This document shows positions 51,869 to 63,482 of a DNA stretch of 64,000 nt, one piece after another. A program made the position numbers and the translations under genes. The stretch is from assembly GCF_006345805.1 (NCBI RefSeq), contig NC_043010.1, forward strand, positions 34,658,001 to 34,722,000. Direction: 5' to 3'. This DNA is from Octopus sinensis. Lineage: Eukaryota. The notes under the pieces were generated by a model, which was given only the letters and a program-made list of their open reading frames with translations, was not told the DNA's origin and did not search any database. The stretch's first letter is position 1, and every line of letters begins with the position of its first letter.

Positions 51869-52721
51869 GGAGAAACAGCTAAATTAGCCTTGTTTATAAA
51901 AGTACTATATAGTTTATTATAGAGAAGAGAAATGGCTACCCCAGTGTTACTAGAGGATGGGTGAGAATAGCTGGAAGGGAGATAAAGCTTGTGATGACAG
52001 GGTGCCAGAGCATACTCATAAGGTACAAGATGGTGAATATAAAGGAGAATAAACAGAGTGGATCATTGGAGAAAGGAAGGGTGGGAAAGGAGAGTGGCAG
52101 ATGGTTAGAGATGGGGCTAGAGGGAGATGTAGTGAGTGACAAACATGGGCAGAGCTGTGGTTGATGGTTAATATCAGTATGGAGGCAGATGAAAGAAAAA
52201 TAAGTGGCTCAAGAAGGAGGAGGTAACAAGAAGCCTGAATAATATATCTTTGCTACTAGTTATATCCATGCCAAACTTTTAATAGGTATTTTTAACTGAT
52301 ATGCAGAGCTTTTGAGTTCAGACACTTACATCTCATGCTTTCCTGATAACAGATCTGTGGAATTGGCCTCTTGCCTCATTTATTTTGAGGCAAGGTTCCT
52401 ATTTCACTTTTTCTAGAAACTTACATGAATAGTACTGGCATGGCTGTGTGGTTAGGAAGTTCATTTCTCAACATGTTTTTGAGATTCAGTCCCAGTGTGT
52501 GTGTCCTTGAACTTATGCCTTGTAAGAGAATTTGGTAGATGGAAACTGTATGTAAGTTTGTCATAAATACACACATTCATGTATGTATGTATAGATTGTT
52601 TGAAGTAATGTACAAATTTTACATATTAAAATAAAGAGGTAATCAGAATTTTGGATAATTATTTTAGTGCTTTAGTGAATTTGGGGATTCATCAGAAATG
52701 ATCACTTCTGAAGATTCTCCA

Positions 52722-53416
52722 TGTTGTAACATAATTTGTTATGTACAATAAATAAGATAGCCAGACACTGAGCACAGGAGTGGCTGTGTGGTAAGTAGCT
52801 TGCTTATCAACCACATGGTTCCAGGTTCAGTCCCACTGAGTGGCATCTTGGGTAAGTGTCTTCTACTATAGCCTCGGGCTGACCAATGCCTTGTGAGTGG
52901 ATTTGGTAGATGGAAACTGAAAGAAGCCCGTCGTGTATATGTATATGTATATATATATGTGTGTGTTTGTGTGTCTGTGTTTGTCCCCCCCCACCCCCAA
53001 CATCGCTTAACAACCAATGCTGGTGTGTTTACGTCCCCTGTAACTTAGTGGTTCGGCAAAAGAGGCTGATAGAATAAGAAATAGGCTTACAAAGAATAAG
53101 TCCTGGGGCCGATTTGCTCGACTAAAGGCGGTGTTCCAGCATGGCTGCAGTCAAATGACTGAAACAAGTAAAAGAGTAAAAGAGTAAAGAGACAACAGTA
53201 ACAACAATGTAACGAACTAACAAATCTCTTTATGAACCAACAATCAAATATTCCTTGTGAACTAACCAACTGACACCTTCTGACTTCACTGCAAACTAAC
53301 ACGAACTTCACTTGACTCCGAAATCTGAACCCTGATCTCACTCAGATTGTTACTATTTATAGTTTACTCAGATCAGTTTATCTCTTGCAAGAGGCATTGT
53401 AACTCTCATCACAACA
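52722..53416 (-). repeat. 3' LTR, split by a family A SINE at 52768-53189
   Basis: 52725-52767 plus 53190-53416 align colinearly with 56099-56364. Confidence 0.88.
52768..53189 (+). mobile_element. SINE family A inside the LTR
   Basis: Full head, TA/TG tract and (AAAAGAGT)n tail; short AGACA duplication at the flanks. Confidence 0.88.
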
Positions 53417-54266
53417 TCTCCACTTTTGAGATTTCAACTATTGTAAGAAAGTGGAATTTCTTTTATTTTTTTCTTTCCAGCACCTCTCCCTCTTTTTCTT
53501 CTCTTTTTTTAGCTGTTGTATCTTAATTGTTGTCTGACTTTTAAGGTAGTATTTTTCATTGCACACAGCACTTTTTTCTTTTCATTGTACTCAGCACACT
53601 TTTTTTTTGTAAATTTAATATCTTTTTCGTTTAGATATTACTTCCAGATATTCAGTCTGCTTTTGTTTTCTGAAGCTAATTCTATGGGGTCCAATATCTC
53701 TTGGTACTGGCACTTCAAACAAATCATAGAAGACTTCCATTGGTATTATCCTTCATTCTTCTGTATGTCTCATCTTTAACTGGTTAAGGTATCAAATGTT
53801 CCGAATGTTATCCTTTAATTAAATACATCATGTTTCCTAATCTTTTGATTACATAGTCATCCTCCCAACCTTCTTTACCATTTTTGTAATTTTTAAAATG
53901 AATTTTATCTCCTATTTCGAAATATTTTGTAAGATTTCTTGTATTTCCTTCAAATGTATTTATTGTCTTTCCTTTATTTGTATTTTTCCTGGCAATAATT
54001 TATCAAAGATCGATTTTATTTTAGGTGTGAACATTAACTTTGCTGGTGACTTTCCTGAATTAGTATTTGGATTTGGCATTATTCTATATACTCTCAAAAA
54101 TTTCGTTAGTGCCTCATCATAATCTAGCTCATTCCTAGCTTTTATTAGAGCTCTTTTGAACATGTCAACAAATCTTTCTGCCTGTCCATTTGACCTCAGG
54201 TGGTAGGGTGGAGTAATGATGTGCTTTATAGCATGTATTTTGCGGAAATTTCTTAATTAATATCCC

Positions 54267-54507
54267 TTTACTCTTTTACTCTTTTCTTTACTCTTTTACT
54301 CTTTTAATTGTTTCAGTCATTTGACTGTGGCCATGCTGGAGCACCGCCTTTAGTTGAGCAAATGACCCCGGGACTTATTCTTTGTAAGCCTAGTACTTAT
54401 TCTATCAGTCTCTTTTGCCGAACTGCTAAGTTACGGGGACATAAACACACCAGCATCAGTTGTCAAGCGATGTTAGGGGTGACAAACACAGACACACAAA
54501 CATACGT

Positions 54508-54551
<44 letters not shown>

Positions 54552-54692
54552 TATATAACAGGCTTCCTTCAGTTTCCATCTACCAAATCCACTCACAAGG
54601 CTTTGGTCAGCCTGAGATTATAGTAGAAGACACTTGCCCAAGGTGACACACAGTGGGACTGAACCCGGAACCATGTGGTTCATAAGCAAGCT
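54267..54692 (-). mobile_element. SINE family A inside the integrase ORF
   Basis: Integrase reading resumes on both sides (SDNGTKF | ...SNGQAERF). Confidence 0.88.
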
Positions 54693-56098
54693 GAATTTTG
54701 TTCCATTATCTGAAACACCATATTGAGCAAATAACTCAAGTAGGAACTTTATTGTTGTCTTTGCTGTGGGCTTATTACATCTGCATATCTATGGCCACTT
54801 TGTATAGCTATCCACAATGATTAGATAGTATGCGCCATTCACTGGTCCAGTGTAGTTGATATGTATTCTGGGCCATGGGTTCTCAGTCTTTGTGCATAGA
54901 CCTAGTTTGTCTGAGAGTACTTGTAGAAAAAATTTTTTTAATTTTCTCTTTAAATCTCCAGATGAATTATTTTTAGAGGAATGACCATTTATGTTTTTAC
55001 AATAGATATTTATGGGGATGTCCCACAAATCAAATAATTCTAACCAATTGGCATGACACAGATCAGTTGCATTTTTAATGATGAAAACTTTCGCTTTGCA
55101 TGTTTTCTCTCGAAATGTGACATTACGCCTATGAAATGTAATATGTCGCCCATCGTGCTACAGGCAGATTTCGCTGTTTTCTCAACATAGGTTTCCCTAT
55201 TTTCTTCCATGTGTCCATATTTATTATTGAAATATCACTTCCAGTGTCCAATATGCATTCCATTTATTTTTACGTGTACAAATTTTCTTATTTGGGAGTT
55301 GATTTTTGTTTCTGCTAAGAGCACTCTAGGATTTTTAAAGTTTGACCTTTGTAATTTTGTTCAGCAGTGTGAACTCTTGTGACCAATTCTTTTGCAACTG
55401 TAACATTTTTGATTTTTAAATTGACAGTCTTTTCTGAAATGATTGTATGTTAGATCTTGGTTTGCTTGTTCCAATTTGGAAAGAAGTCTTGCGTGAATTT
55501 CTGTATCTTCACTTGCTGTAATGCCTTGTATGAAAATAAGACACTTGAACATCTCAGGTGTAAGTCCTTTCAGTTTAAAACTTTCACACAACCTGTTGAT
55601 TGTTCCTGCATCTGTGATAAAATCATCATTCTCTTTTTCATTATATTCCATCACTCCATTCAAGTGTTAAATTGAGAAATTTTATCACCAAATATGTTAG
55701 ACAGTAATTCTATTGTTTCTTTAAAACAAATTTCATTGGGTTTTTTGGGGCAATATAAAATTACAGTACCGTTCGTGCTCTAACGGAACTAATTCTCATA
55801 ATAGCAATCTCACTTTTTGTTCATCCAACCATGATTTGCAATCTTGCATAAAAAATCTCCTCACACCTGTAGTATGATGCAAAAGTTATACCTTCTGGGT
55901 CATCATTGAATTTCTAAATCGAGTTCAAAATGCAATCTGGCGAAAATGAACTTACCTCATTTTTGGACTTTTTTTAATATAGCTCCAATAATTGTTGTTG
56001 CTGTAGTCGTTGCTGTAATAGGATTCCATTATTTAACAAGGTGTATCTTGAACAATTGCTAAATAACCTACCTGAGCTTTGAAATCCTTGTTGCCAGA

Positions 56099-56364
56099 TG
56101 TAATGTAGTTTGTTACATACAATAAATAAGATAACCAGACAACAGTAACAACAATGCAACGAACTAACAAATCTCTTTATGAACCAACAATTAAATATTC
56201 CTTGTGAACTAACCAACTGACGCATTGCAACTTCATTGCGAACCAACATGAACTTCACTTGACTCTGAACTCTGAACCCAGAGCACACTCTGATCATTAC
56301 TATTTATATTTTACTCGGAGCAGTCTATCTCTTGCAAGGCAGTGTTGTAACTCTCATCACAACA
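56099..56364 (-). repeat. 5' LTR (~266 bp)
   Basis: TGTTG...TTACA on the minus strand, followed after 2 nt by the PBS TGG. Confidence 0.88.
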
Positions 56365-56439
56365 CTCTAAAATGAGATGAAAGGGCTAAACAAATATTTA
56401 TCCAAAATTCTGACTGCTTCTTTTTTCCTTTATATATAT

Positions 56440-56764
56440 ATCATCATCGTCACTATCATCATCATTGTCATCTGTTGTGTATGCTGGCATGGGTTGGACG
56501 GTTTGACCAGGGCTGGCAAGCCGAAAGGCTGCATCTGACTCCTAGTCTGATTTGGCATGGTTTCTATGGGCTGGTTGCCCTTCCTAACACCAACTACTCA
56601 AAGAGTGTTATGAGTACTTTTATGTGATACCAGTATCTGCCATGATTGTGATTATGCTCGGCATGACAGGTCTTCTTCTCAAGCGTGACATAATGCCAAA
56701 GGTCTCACTCATTGCCTCCGTGAAGCCCAACACTCAAAACGAGCTCAGCCACTTTGCCTCCATG

Positions 56765-56770
<6 letters not shown>
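56440..56770 (-). mobile_element. Family D repeat
   Basis: catcat tail plus reverse-complement homology to 56815-57140. Confidence 0.75.
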
Positions 56771-56802
<32 letters not shown>

Positions 56803-56814
56803 CACATATATATA

Positions 56815-57140
56815 GATAGGTGCCAGTGGCACGTAAAAAGCACCATCTGAACGTGGCCAATGTCAGTGCTGCCATTGACTGGCTTCCGTACCAGTGGCAT
56901 GTAAAAAGCACCAACCGATTGTGGCCGTTGCCAGCCTCCTCTGGCTCCTGTGCCAGTGGCACGTAACAAGCACCTACTACACTCACAGAGTGGTTGGCGT
57001 TAGGAATGGCATCCAGCTGTAGAAACACTGTCAGATCAGACTGGAGCTTGGTGCAGCTTCCTGGCTTCCCAGACCCCGGTTGAACCGTCCAACCCATGCT
57101 AGCATGGAAAGCATAGATTAAGCGATGATGATGATGATGA
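56815..57140 (+). mobile_element. Family D repeat
   Basis: Degenerate internal tandem, gagtggttggcgttaggaa body, (ATG)n tail. Confidence 0.8.
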
Positions 57141-57253
57141 TATATACATATATACTTCTTTCTATTAAAGTTGCAAAAACATCACAAAATATTATGACTC
57201 AGAGGTTCATGTTCCTGATCATCAGACAGTTGTGATCAAGAGCCTTAATCACA

Positions 57254-57293
57254 ACTGTCTGATGAATGGGAATGTGAAACTCTAAGTCACAGT
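57254..57293 (+). ncRNA. Minimal type I hammerhead ribozyme in the right arm of a 168-bp hairpin
   Basis: ACTGT-CTGATGA-ATGGGAATGT-GAAA-CTCTAA-GTC-ACAGT: perfect 5-bp stem I, GUC site, weak stem II. Confidence 0.7.
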
Positions 57294-57424
57294 TTTTTGT
57301 GATGCTTTTGCAGCTTTAATAAAAGCTCATATTACTCTACATTCAGTATTTGAGTATATATTTTCCCACCTTGTTTTGCATTTATGTGCTTACTCATGTG
57401 CATTTATATGTATATATATATATT

Positions 57425-57501
<77 letters not shown>

Positions 57502-57613
57502 ATAGAGAGATACAATTGACAATCCAATGATATATTTATATTATAATATAACATAATATACTATGAATATAGTATAACATAAGATGACATAAACAATTAT
57601 TAAAATAGCAAAA

Positions 57614-57689
57614 GGCCAACAATTTGTTTCGACTTATATACATTTTTTGATATATAAGCAGTTCCCTTATATATAACCTCATCAGAGCC
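57614..57689 (-). ncRNA. Type I hammerhead-like fold (third family)
   Basis: GGCT-CTGATGA-GGTTATATA...TATATAAGTC-GAAA-CAA-A-TTGT-T-GGCC; near-palindromic stem III, GUU site. Confidence 0.6.
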
Positions 57690-57888
57690 AGAGTTTAAAG
57701 ATAGACGAAATTCTGTGTGAAAGGACGGCTGGATTGTAAAAAATTAATTCAAATGCCTATATATTATGAGCATGAGCATTAACTATTCAATTACATATGA
57801 ATTATTATTTTAAAAACGTCAAAAATTTTAATGGACAAAATAATTAAGTAAGTGTAATCTACAACTACTGAATTATATTATATATATA

Positions 57889-57919
<31 letters not shown>

Positions 57920-58380
57920 TTAGTGTACCTCTGTGTCTTTATGCTTGTCTCTCACCATTTAGTAACCAATGTTAGTTTCTTTAAATCTCTGTAACTTAGC
58001 AGTTCACTTCAGCAAAAGTGAGATTGATAGAATGAGTATCAGACTTTCAATCAAGAATTAAAAACAAAAAAGACAAGTAGTGGGGCAGATTTGGTCAACC
58101 AAACAATTCAAAGTGATGCCCCCAGCATGACAACAGTCCAATGAATGAAACAAATAAGAGTAAAAGAGAATGGTTTGCAAGTGTTCCATGAGTTTTCAAG
58201 GCACATTGGAAGTGCTAAAATATTTAGGAAACTTGAGAGTTTTCTATGTGACATGCAGATGCAAAGGCATAATTTTACAGCAAAAAGTGCAAAGCATGTA
58301 CTCATTTCTGTTTTAAAACAATTCTATTTCTATATCCATCCATCCATCCATCCATACATACATAGACCATAGACATATAT

Positions 58381-58416
<36 letters not shown>

Positions 58417-58605
58417 GAGGAAAAATTTAAATGTCACTAAATGTGACTGAGGATGTCAAAGCACCTACATTGCTAGAAATAAATGTTAAAAACTCTTAAT
58501 TCTTACAGTTCTATAACCACTACACCATATGCCCATGGGCATATGGCATAGCAGTTAAGAGCGCTACTAACTCCAAGATTCTGAGTTTTTTTTTCCAAGC
58601 AGTGA

Positions 58606-58609
<4 letters not shown>

Positions 58610-58641
<32 letters not shown>

Positions 58642-58717
58642 TAATAATAATAATAATAAAAATAATAATAATAATAATAAAAATAATAATAAAATATAAT
58701 AATAATAATAATAATAA
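58610..58717. repeat. (TAA)n tract, left of the Dong insertion
   Basis: Read directly. Confidence 0.95.
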
Positions 58718-58718
58718 A

Positions 58719-59637
58719 TTTGCTATTGATCTCGTGCAGGATACCCAAACTGAACAACCCGAGGGAAGTACGGCAACTATTGTTGCAAAGAAGGTGAAAA
58801 TGATGGCAATGAAAAAAGCGCACGAGCAATTGGCTGATAGGTGGGAGGAGAAACCTCTGCACGGCAAATATGTGACCCGCAGCAAACAAGCTGATGTTGA
58901 CCAGAAGCAAACCCATCAGTGGCTGCGGAGCTCAGGGCTAAAAGCAGAGAGCGAAGGTTTCATCCTGGCTGCTCAAGATCAAAGCCTATTAACCCGGAAC
59001 TACTAGGCCAATGTGATGAAAAATGGAGCAGACCCAAAATGCCGATTCTGCAACGACATGATTGAAACAGTGGACCATCTAATCTCTGGATGTAAAGTCT
59101 TAGCACCAGTGGAGTATAAATTAAGACATGACAGAGTTGGCCAATATCTACACTGGCTAATAAGTCGGCATTACAATATCAAAACTGCCGACAAGTGGTA
59201 TAATCACCACCCTGAGGCTGTAACTGAAGGAGAAAATGTAACCATTCTGTGGGACTTTCCAGTACATACAGACCGAACCATCAAGGCCAATAAACCAGAT
59301 ATTGTTGTGAAAGACCAAAACAATAAAGTTTGCTTATTGATCGACATGAGCATCCCCTGTGATCATAATATCTCAGCGAAAGAGTTTGACAAGCTCAGAA
59401 AATATAAAGACCTACTCATTGAAATTGAGAAAATGTGGCATCTCAAGGCGGTTACAATACCAGTGATCGTAGGAGCACTAGGAATGATCAAGAAGGGAAC
59501 CGAAAATTATATGAGAATGATCCCTGGCTTACCATCCCTGCAAGAAGTGCAAAAGATTGTCTTAACTGGTACATCACACGTATTGAGAAGAGCATTGTCG
59601 ATGTGAGAACTGTTGCTGCTCATGTATTTTAATTTAA

Positions 59638-59668
<31 letters not shown>

Positions 59669-59790
59669 TGAACGAACTACTGAGTTTGGTTTAATGGCCT
59701 ACCAATATACACTATGAGTTTCTTTGCCCTAGGAGTCGGGAAGACATTCGGCAAGAAATGGAAGAAAATTTGAAAGAAGAAAAAAAAAAA

Positions 59791-59791
<1 letters not shown>
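58719..59791 (+). mobile_element. R4/Dong-clade LINE, 5'-truncated, in (TAA)n
   Basis: (TAA)n on both sides; ORF remnant followed by a short 3' UTR. Confidence 0.92.
58734..59606 (+). pseudogene. Dong/R4 ORF C-terminus: CCHC knuckle + restriction-like endonuclease
   Basis: KPLHGKY...LKAESEGFILAAQDQSL, CRFCNDMIETVDHLISGC, RHDRV, LWDF, ANKPDIVV...LIDMSIP, K..KYKDL; a single in-frame TAG at 59004-59006. Confidence 0.93.
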
Positions 59792-59844
<53 letters not shown>

Positions 59845-59865
59845 TTAATAATAATAATAATAATA
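59792..59865. repeat. (TAA)n tract, right of the Dong insertion
   Basis: Read directly. Confidence 0.95.
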
Positions 59866-59915
59866 ACATCGAAAACTACCTTAGGAATGAGAGTCCAGAT
59901 TCGAAATTTCCCCAA

Positions 59916-59961
59916 GACATCTAATGAAGGCTGGAGATTATATCAGCCAAAACGTTGTGTT
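59916..59961 (+). ncRNA. Decayed minimal hammerhead ribozyme (fourth family)
   Basis: GACAT-CTAATGA-A-GGCTG-loop-CAGCC-AAAA-CGT-T-GTGTT: stems I and II intact, palindromic ACGT stem III, two G>A changes in the core. Confidence 0.6.
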
Positions 59962-60179
59962 AACAACAAACAAGATGAGGACAAATATCCGTCAAATGTA
60001 AATAATGTACCTTAATTCTTTTTACTAACAGTTACATTTAGTGATGATTAAATTTTTCTTTTATGGTATTACATTGTGCCTAGCTGTTTATATTATTTTC
60101 ATATATATATATATATCATCACCATGTATATATGTACATGTGTATATATATGTGTGTGTGTGTATATATGCATACATAC

Positions 60180-60216
<37 letters not shown>

Positions 60217-60620
60217 CATATGTGTATATATATATGTATTTCTATGTATCTCTCCCTCTCCCCCCTCTCTCTCTCTATATATATATATATAGATATATGT
60301 GTATGTATGTATGTATATTTATATATATGTATTATATATATATATATATTATATATATATATATATATGTATATAATGTAAATAGATATGTGTGTGTGTG
60401 TTAGTGTGTATAAAGTTTTGAAACAGCTGCTAGTGTGTTGTAACACTTTTGGCACCCTATTTATTGTATGCCATTGATGGGGAAAAGTTGCAAACCATTG
60501 CATGCCATAATGTAGTCATATACACTGCTCAGTTGAGGCTGAACCGGAGGTAAACAAAACAACAGCAACAACAACAACATCAACAACAACGACAACACTA
60601 AGCAAACAATGATTTACAAG

Positions 60621-60652
<32 letters not shown>

Positions 60653-61341
60653 ATAACAGCAAAACAAACAATGCCAACAGCTACAGCAACATCATCCAAC
60701 CACTTGCGAAGTATGGCGCCTAAATAAAGAAATAGATAAAACAAGCAAAAAGAAAAAAAAAACAAAAAAACACACACCCATCTTACACACCCACTCATGG
60801 CACAGGATGTGTTCAGATCCAGTGGCTTGTTATTATAAAGATGCCACTTGATCTCTCAGTATGGTGCAGACAAACCAAACTGCCTGTCAGCAATGCAGGG
60901 TAGGGTTTTGAAGAGTTTGTGAAAGGAAACTGCATCAAGTTTACTCTTTCTTTTAACGATGTTTGATGTGTTAATTAGGATTATATGCGCGTTTTGTTTT
61001 GCGATAATTGTTTTTTATATGGTGTGTGGGTGGACGTGTGGGTGTGTTGGTCGTTGGGATGGTGGTTGGTCAGGTGATAGGTAGGTGGGAGGCTGTTGTA
61101 TTTTTGGTGTATTTCGGGTTAAAGAGACTTTGTACATAGAGGATACCTCAGATTGCTAGAAACAACAGTCAAATCTTCCAATAAATCAAACTCTGCCTTT
61201 TTAAGGAAAAAGAAGACTATATGTCAACTATCTTCTAGCATTAAATATTGTAAAAAAGACAAATGTCAAGGCTATCCCTCCACATACTGTTTCTATTTAA
61301 TCCAAACCAAACCAACTATTTCCCCCATATGTGTGTATGTG

Positions 61342-61415
<74 letters not shown>

Positions 61416-61420
61416 TGTGT

Positions 61421-62510
61421 GGATCGACTACATTCTCATCAGAAAGCGAGATACATGATTGTTCACAAATGCAAAGACCTTCCCTGATGAAGAATGTACC
61501 CCTCAGCATATGTTAGTCATCAGTGACTTCAAACTACAGGCAAGAAGGATTCCAAGAAGCAGACCAGTCTGGGAAAGAAGGATTTGGAAGCTTAAGGATC
61601 CTTTGAATTGTCAGAGGTTTGGAGACGACTCAACAACCATTTCATGAGGAGGAGAAGTTACAGACATGTGACATTGAGGACAACTTGAAGTTCTTACATG
61701 ACAACTTACTGATAGCCACTGACCAACTTTGTGGCTGGTGCAAAGTCCCAACCCTAGGGTGACATGGTGGTGGAACAGTGTAGTTGACAGGGCCATTAAA
61801 GCAATGAAACAGGCCTGAAAGGACAAGAAAGGTGGTAGTAGCAAAGACCTATATTAGGTAGCTAGAAGGGAAGCTAGGAAGCAGGTATACTTAGCCAAGG
61901 AAGAAGCAGAAAGGAAGAAGCTTGCCAATGTTCTGCAGTATGAGGACCTGTGACTTGAGGTGTTTTGGTTTGCAAGACAGTGTCTCAGGGAAATTCATGA
62001 TATTGCAAGAGAGAAGTGTGTTTGCATGGATGATGGTTCACATGCAGTTATTGACTCTGCAAAGAAAGAGGCATGGAAGTGCCACTGTGAAAAGGCTTCT
62101 AAATATAGAGAACACTTGGAAGAAGGAGAATCTGCCTAATGTGGACTCAACTTAGGGACCAGCTATCTGAATAGACAGTAGCTTGGTGATACCTTAAACA
62201 GAAATAATTACCTAGGTATCAAATTGCTGAACCAGGTGATGAAAATTACAGAGGATCATAGCTCAACTATTTAGGAAGATAGTTAGTCAAGATGAGATGC
62301 CATTTGGTTTTGTACCAGGGAGAAGCACTACTGATGCTCTACTCCTGGTAAGGCAGCTGCAGGAGAAGTATCTAGCCAAAAATAAACTTCTGTACATGGC
62401 TTTTGTTGAAGAAAGCTTTTGTTAGGGACCCCATTCCCTTATCTGGTGGTCAATGCAGTGGCTAGGGATATATGAATGGTTGGTGGAAGCTGTTCAAGGC
62501 ATATACAGGG
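61421..62510 (+). mobile_element. RTE LINE fragment (EN end to RT start), degenerate
   Basis: IDYILIRKRD...PQHMLVISDF...IWKLKDP; QFGFVPGRSTTD...VRQLQEKYLAKNKLLYMAFV. Confidence 0.88.
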
Positions 62511-62930
62511 ATGCATATATACAGAGAAAGAGAGAGAGAGGGAGAGGGGGGGCATAGATATATAATACACACACACACATGATAGTATATGTATATCTTT
62601 AGACATTACATGTACACACCCACCGGCAGAGTGCTTTTGGTTAATCACATTTACTTTTCTCCTTATCCAATTTCCTACTTCCTTTACTTCCTAACTCCTC
62701 CCACTAAGAGAATATATATCCGTGTGTGTGAATATGTATATAAATGTGGATATATTTGTATGCATGTCTTAATTGCATATGTATATATGTATGTATGTAA
62801 GTATGTATGTATGTATGTATGTATGTATGTATGTATGTATGTATGTGTGTGTGTGTGTGTGTGCAAATATATATATACACACACAAACAGACAGACATAC
62901 ACACACCGAATATTTGTCACATATATTTAC

Positions 62931-62964
<34 letters not shown>

Positions 62965-62968
<4 letters not shown>

Positions 62969-63320
62969 TTTTATTCATTTATTCTTTTACTTGTTTCAGT
63001 CATTCTATCAGTCTCTTTTGCTGAACTGTTAAGTTACGGGGATGTAAACACACTAACACTGGTTGTCAGGTGATAGAGGGAGGACAAACATAGACACACA
63101 AACACATACAAACATATACACACACATACATATATACATCCATCCATCCATCCATACATACATACATACATGCATACACACATACACACACACACACATA
63201 CACACACACATACAATGTGCTTCTTTCGGTTTCCATCTACCAAATCCACTCACAAGGAGCCATGGGACTGAACCTGGAACCTTGTAGTTGGTAAGCAAGC
63301 TACTTACCACACACCCACAT
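62965..63320 (-). mobile_element. SINE family A
   Basis: Homology to other copies; expanded internal CA/CATA tract. Confidence 0.8.
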
Positions 63321-63431
63321 TTTTTAACAAGAGTGGTATTTACTGACTTTAAAGTTTTGGCTAGCTAAACCATGATTGGACAAGCCAATGATGGCTTAAA
63401 AGGATAAATATAAAGAGACAGACAGACAGAC

Positions 63432-63482
<51 letters not shown>

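Larger units (their letters stand above)
52722..56364 (-). mobile_element. Ty3/Gypsy (Mag / K02A2.6-like) LTR retrotransposon lacking RT and RNase H, with two SINE insertions
   Basis: Two LTRs; PBS TGGCAACAAGG; PPT AAAAGTGGAGA; gag with CYSCKRIGHKSSHC; protease LDTGSDISII; integrase PWPRIHINYTGP...IVDSYTKWP, SDNG, SNGQAERFV; flanks CTCCA / CTCTA. Confidence 0.92.
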
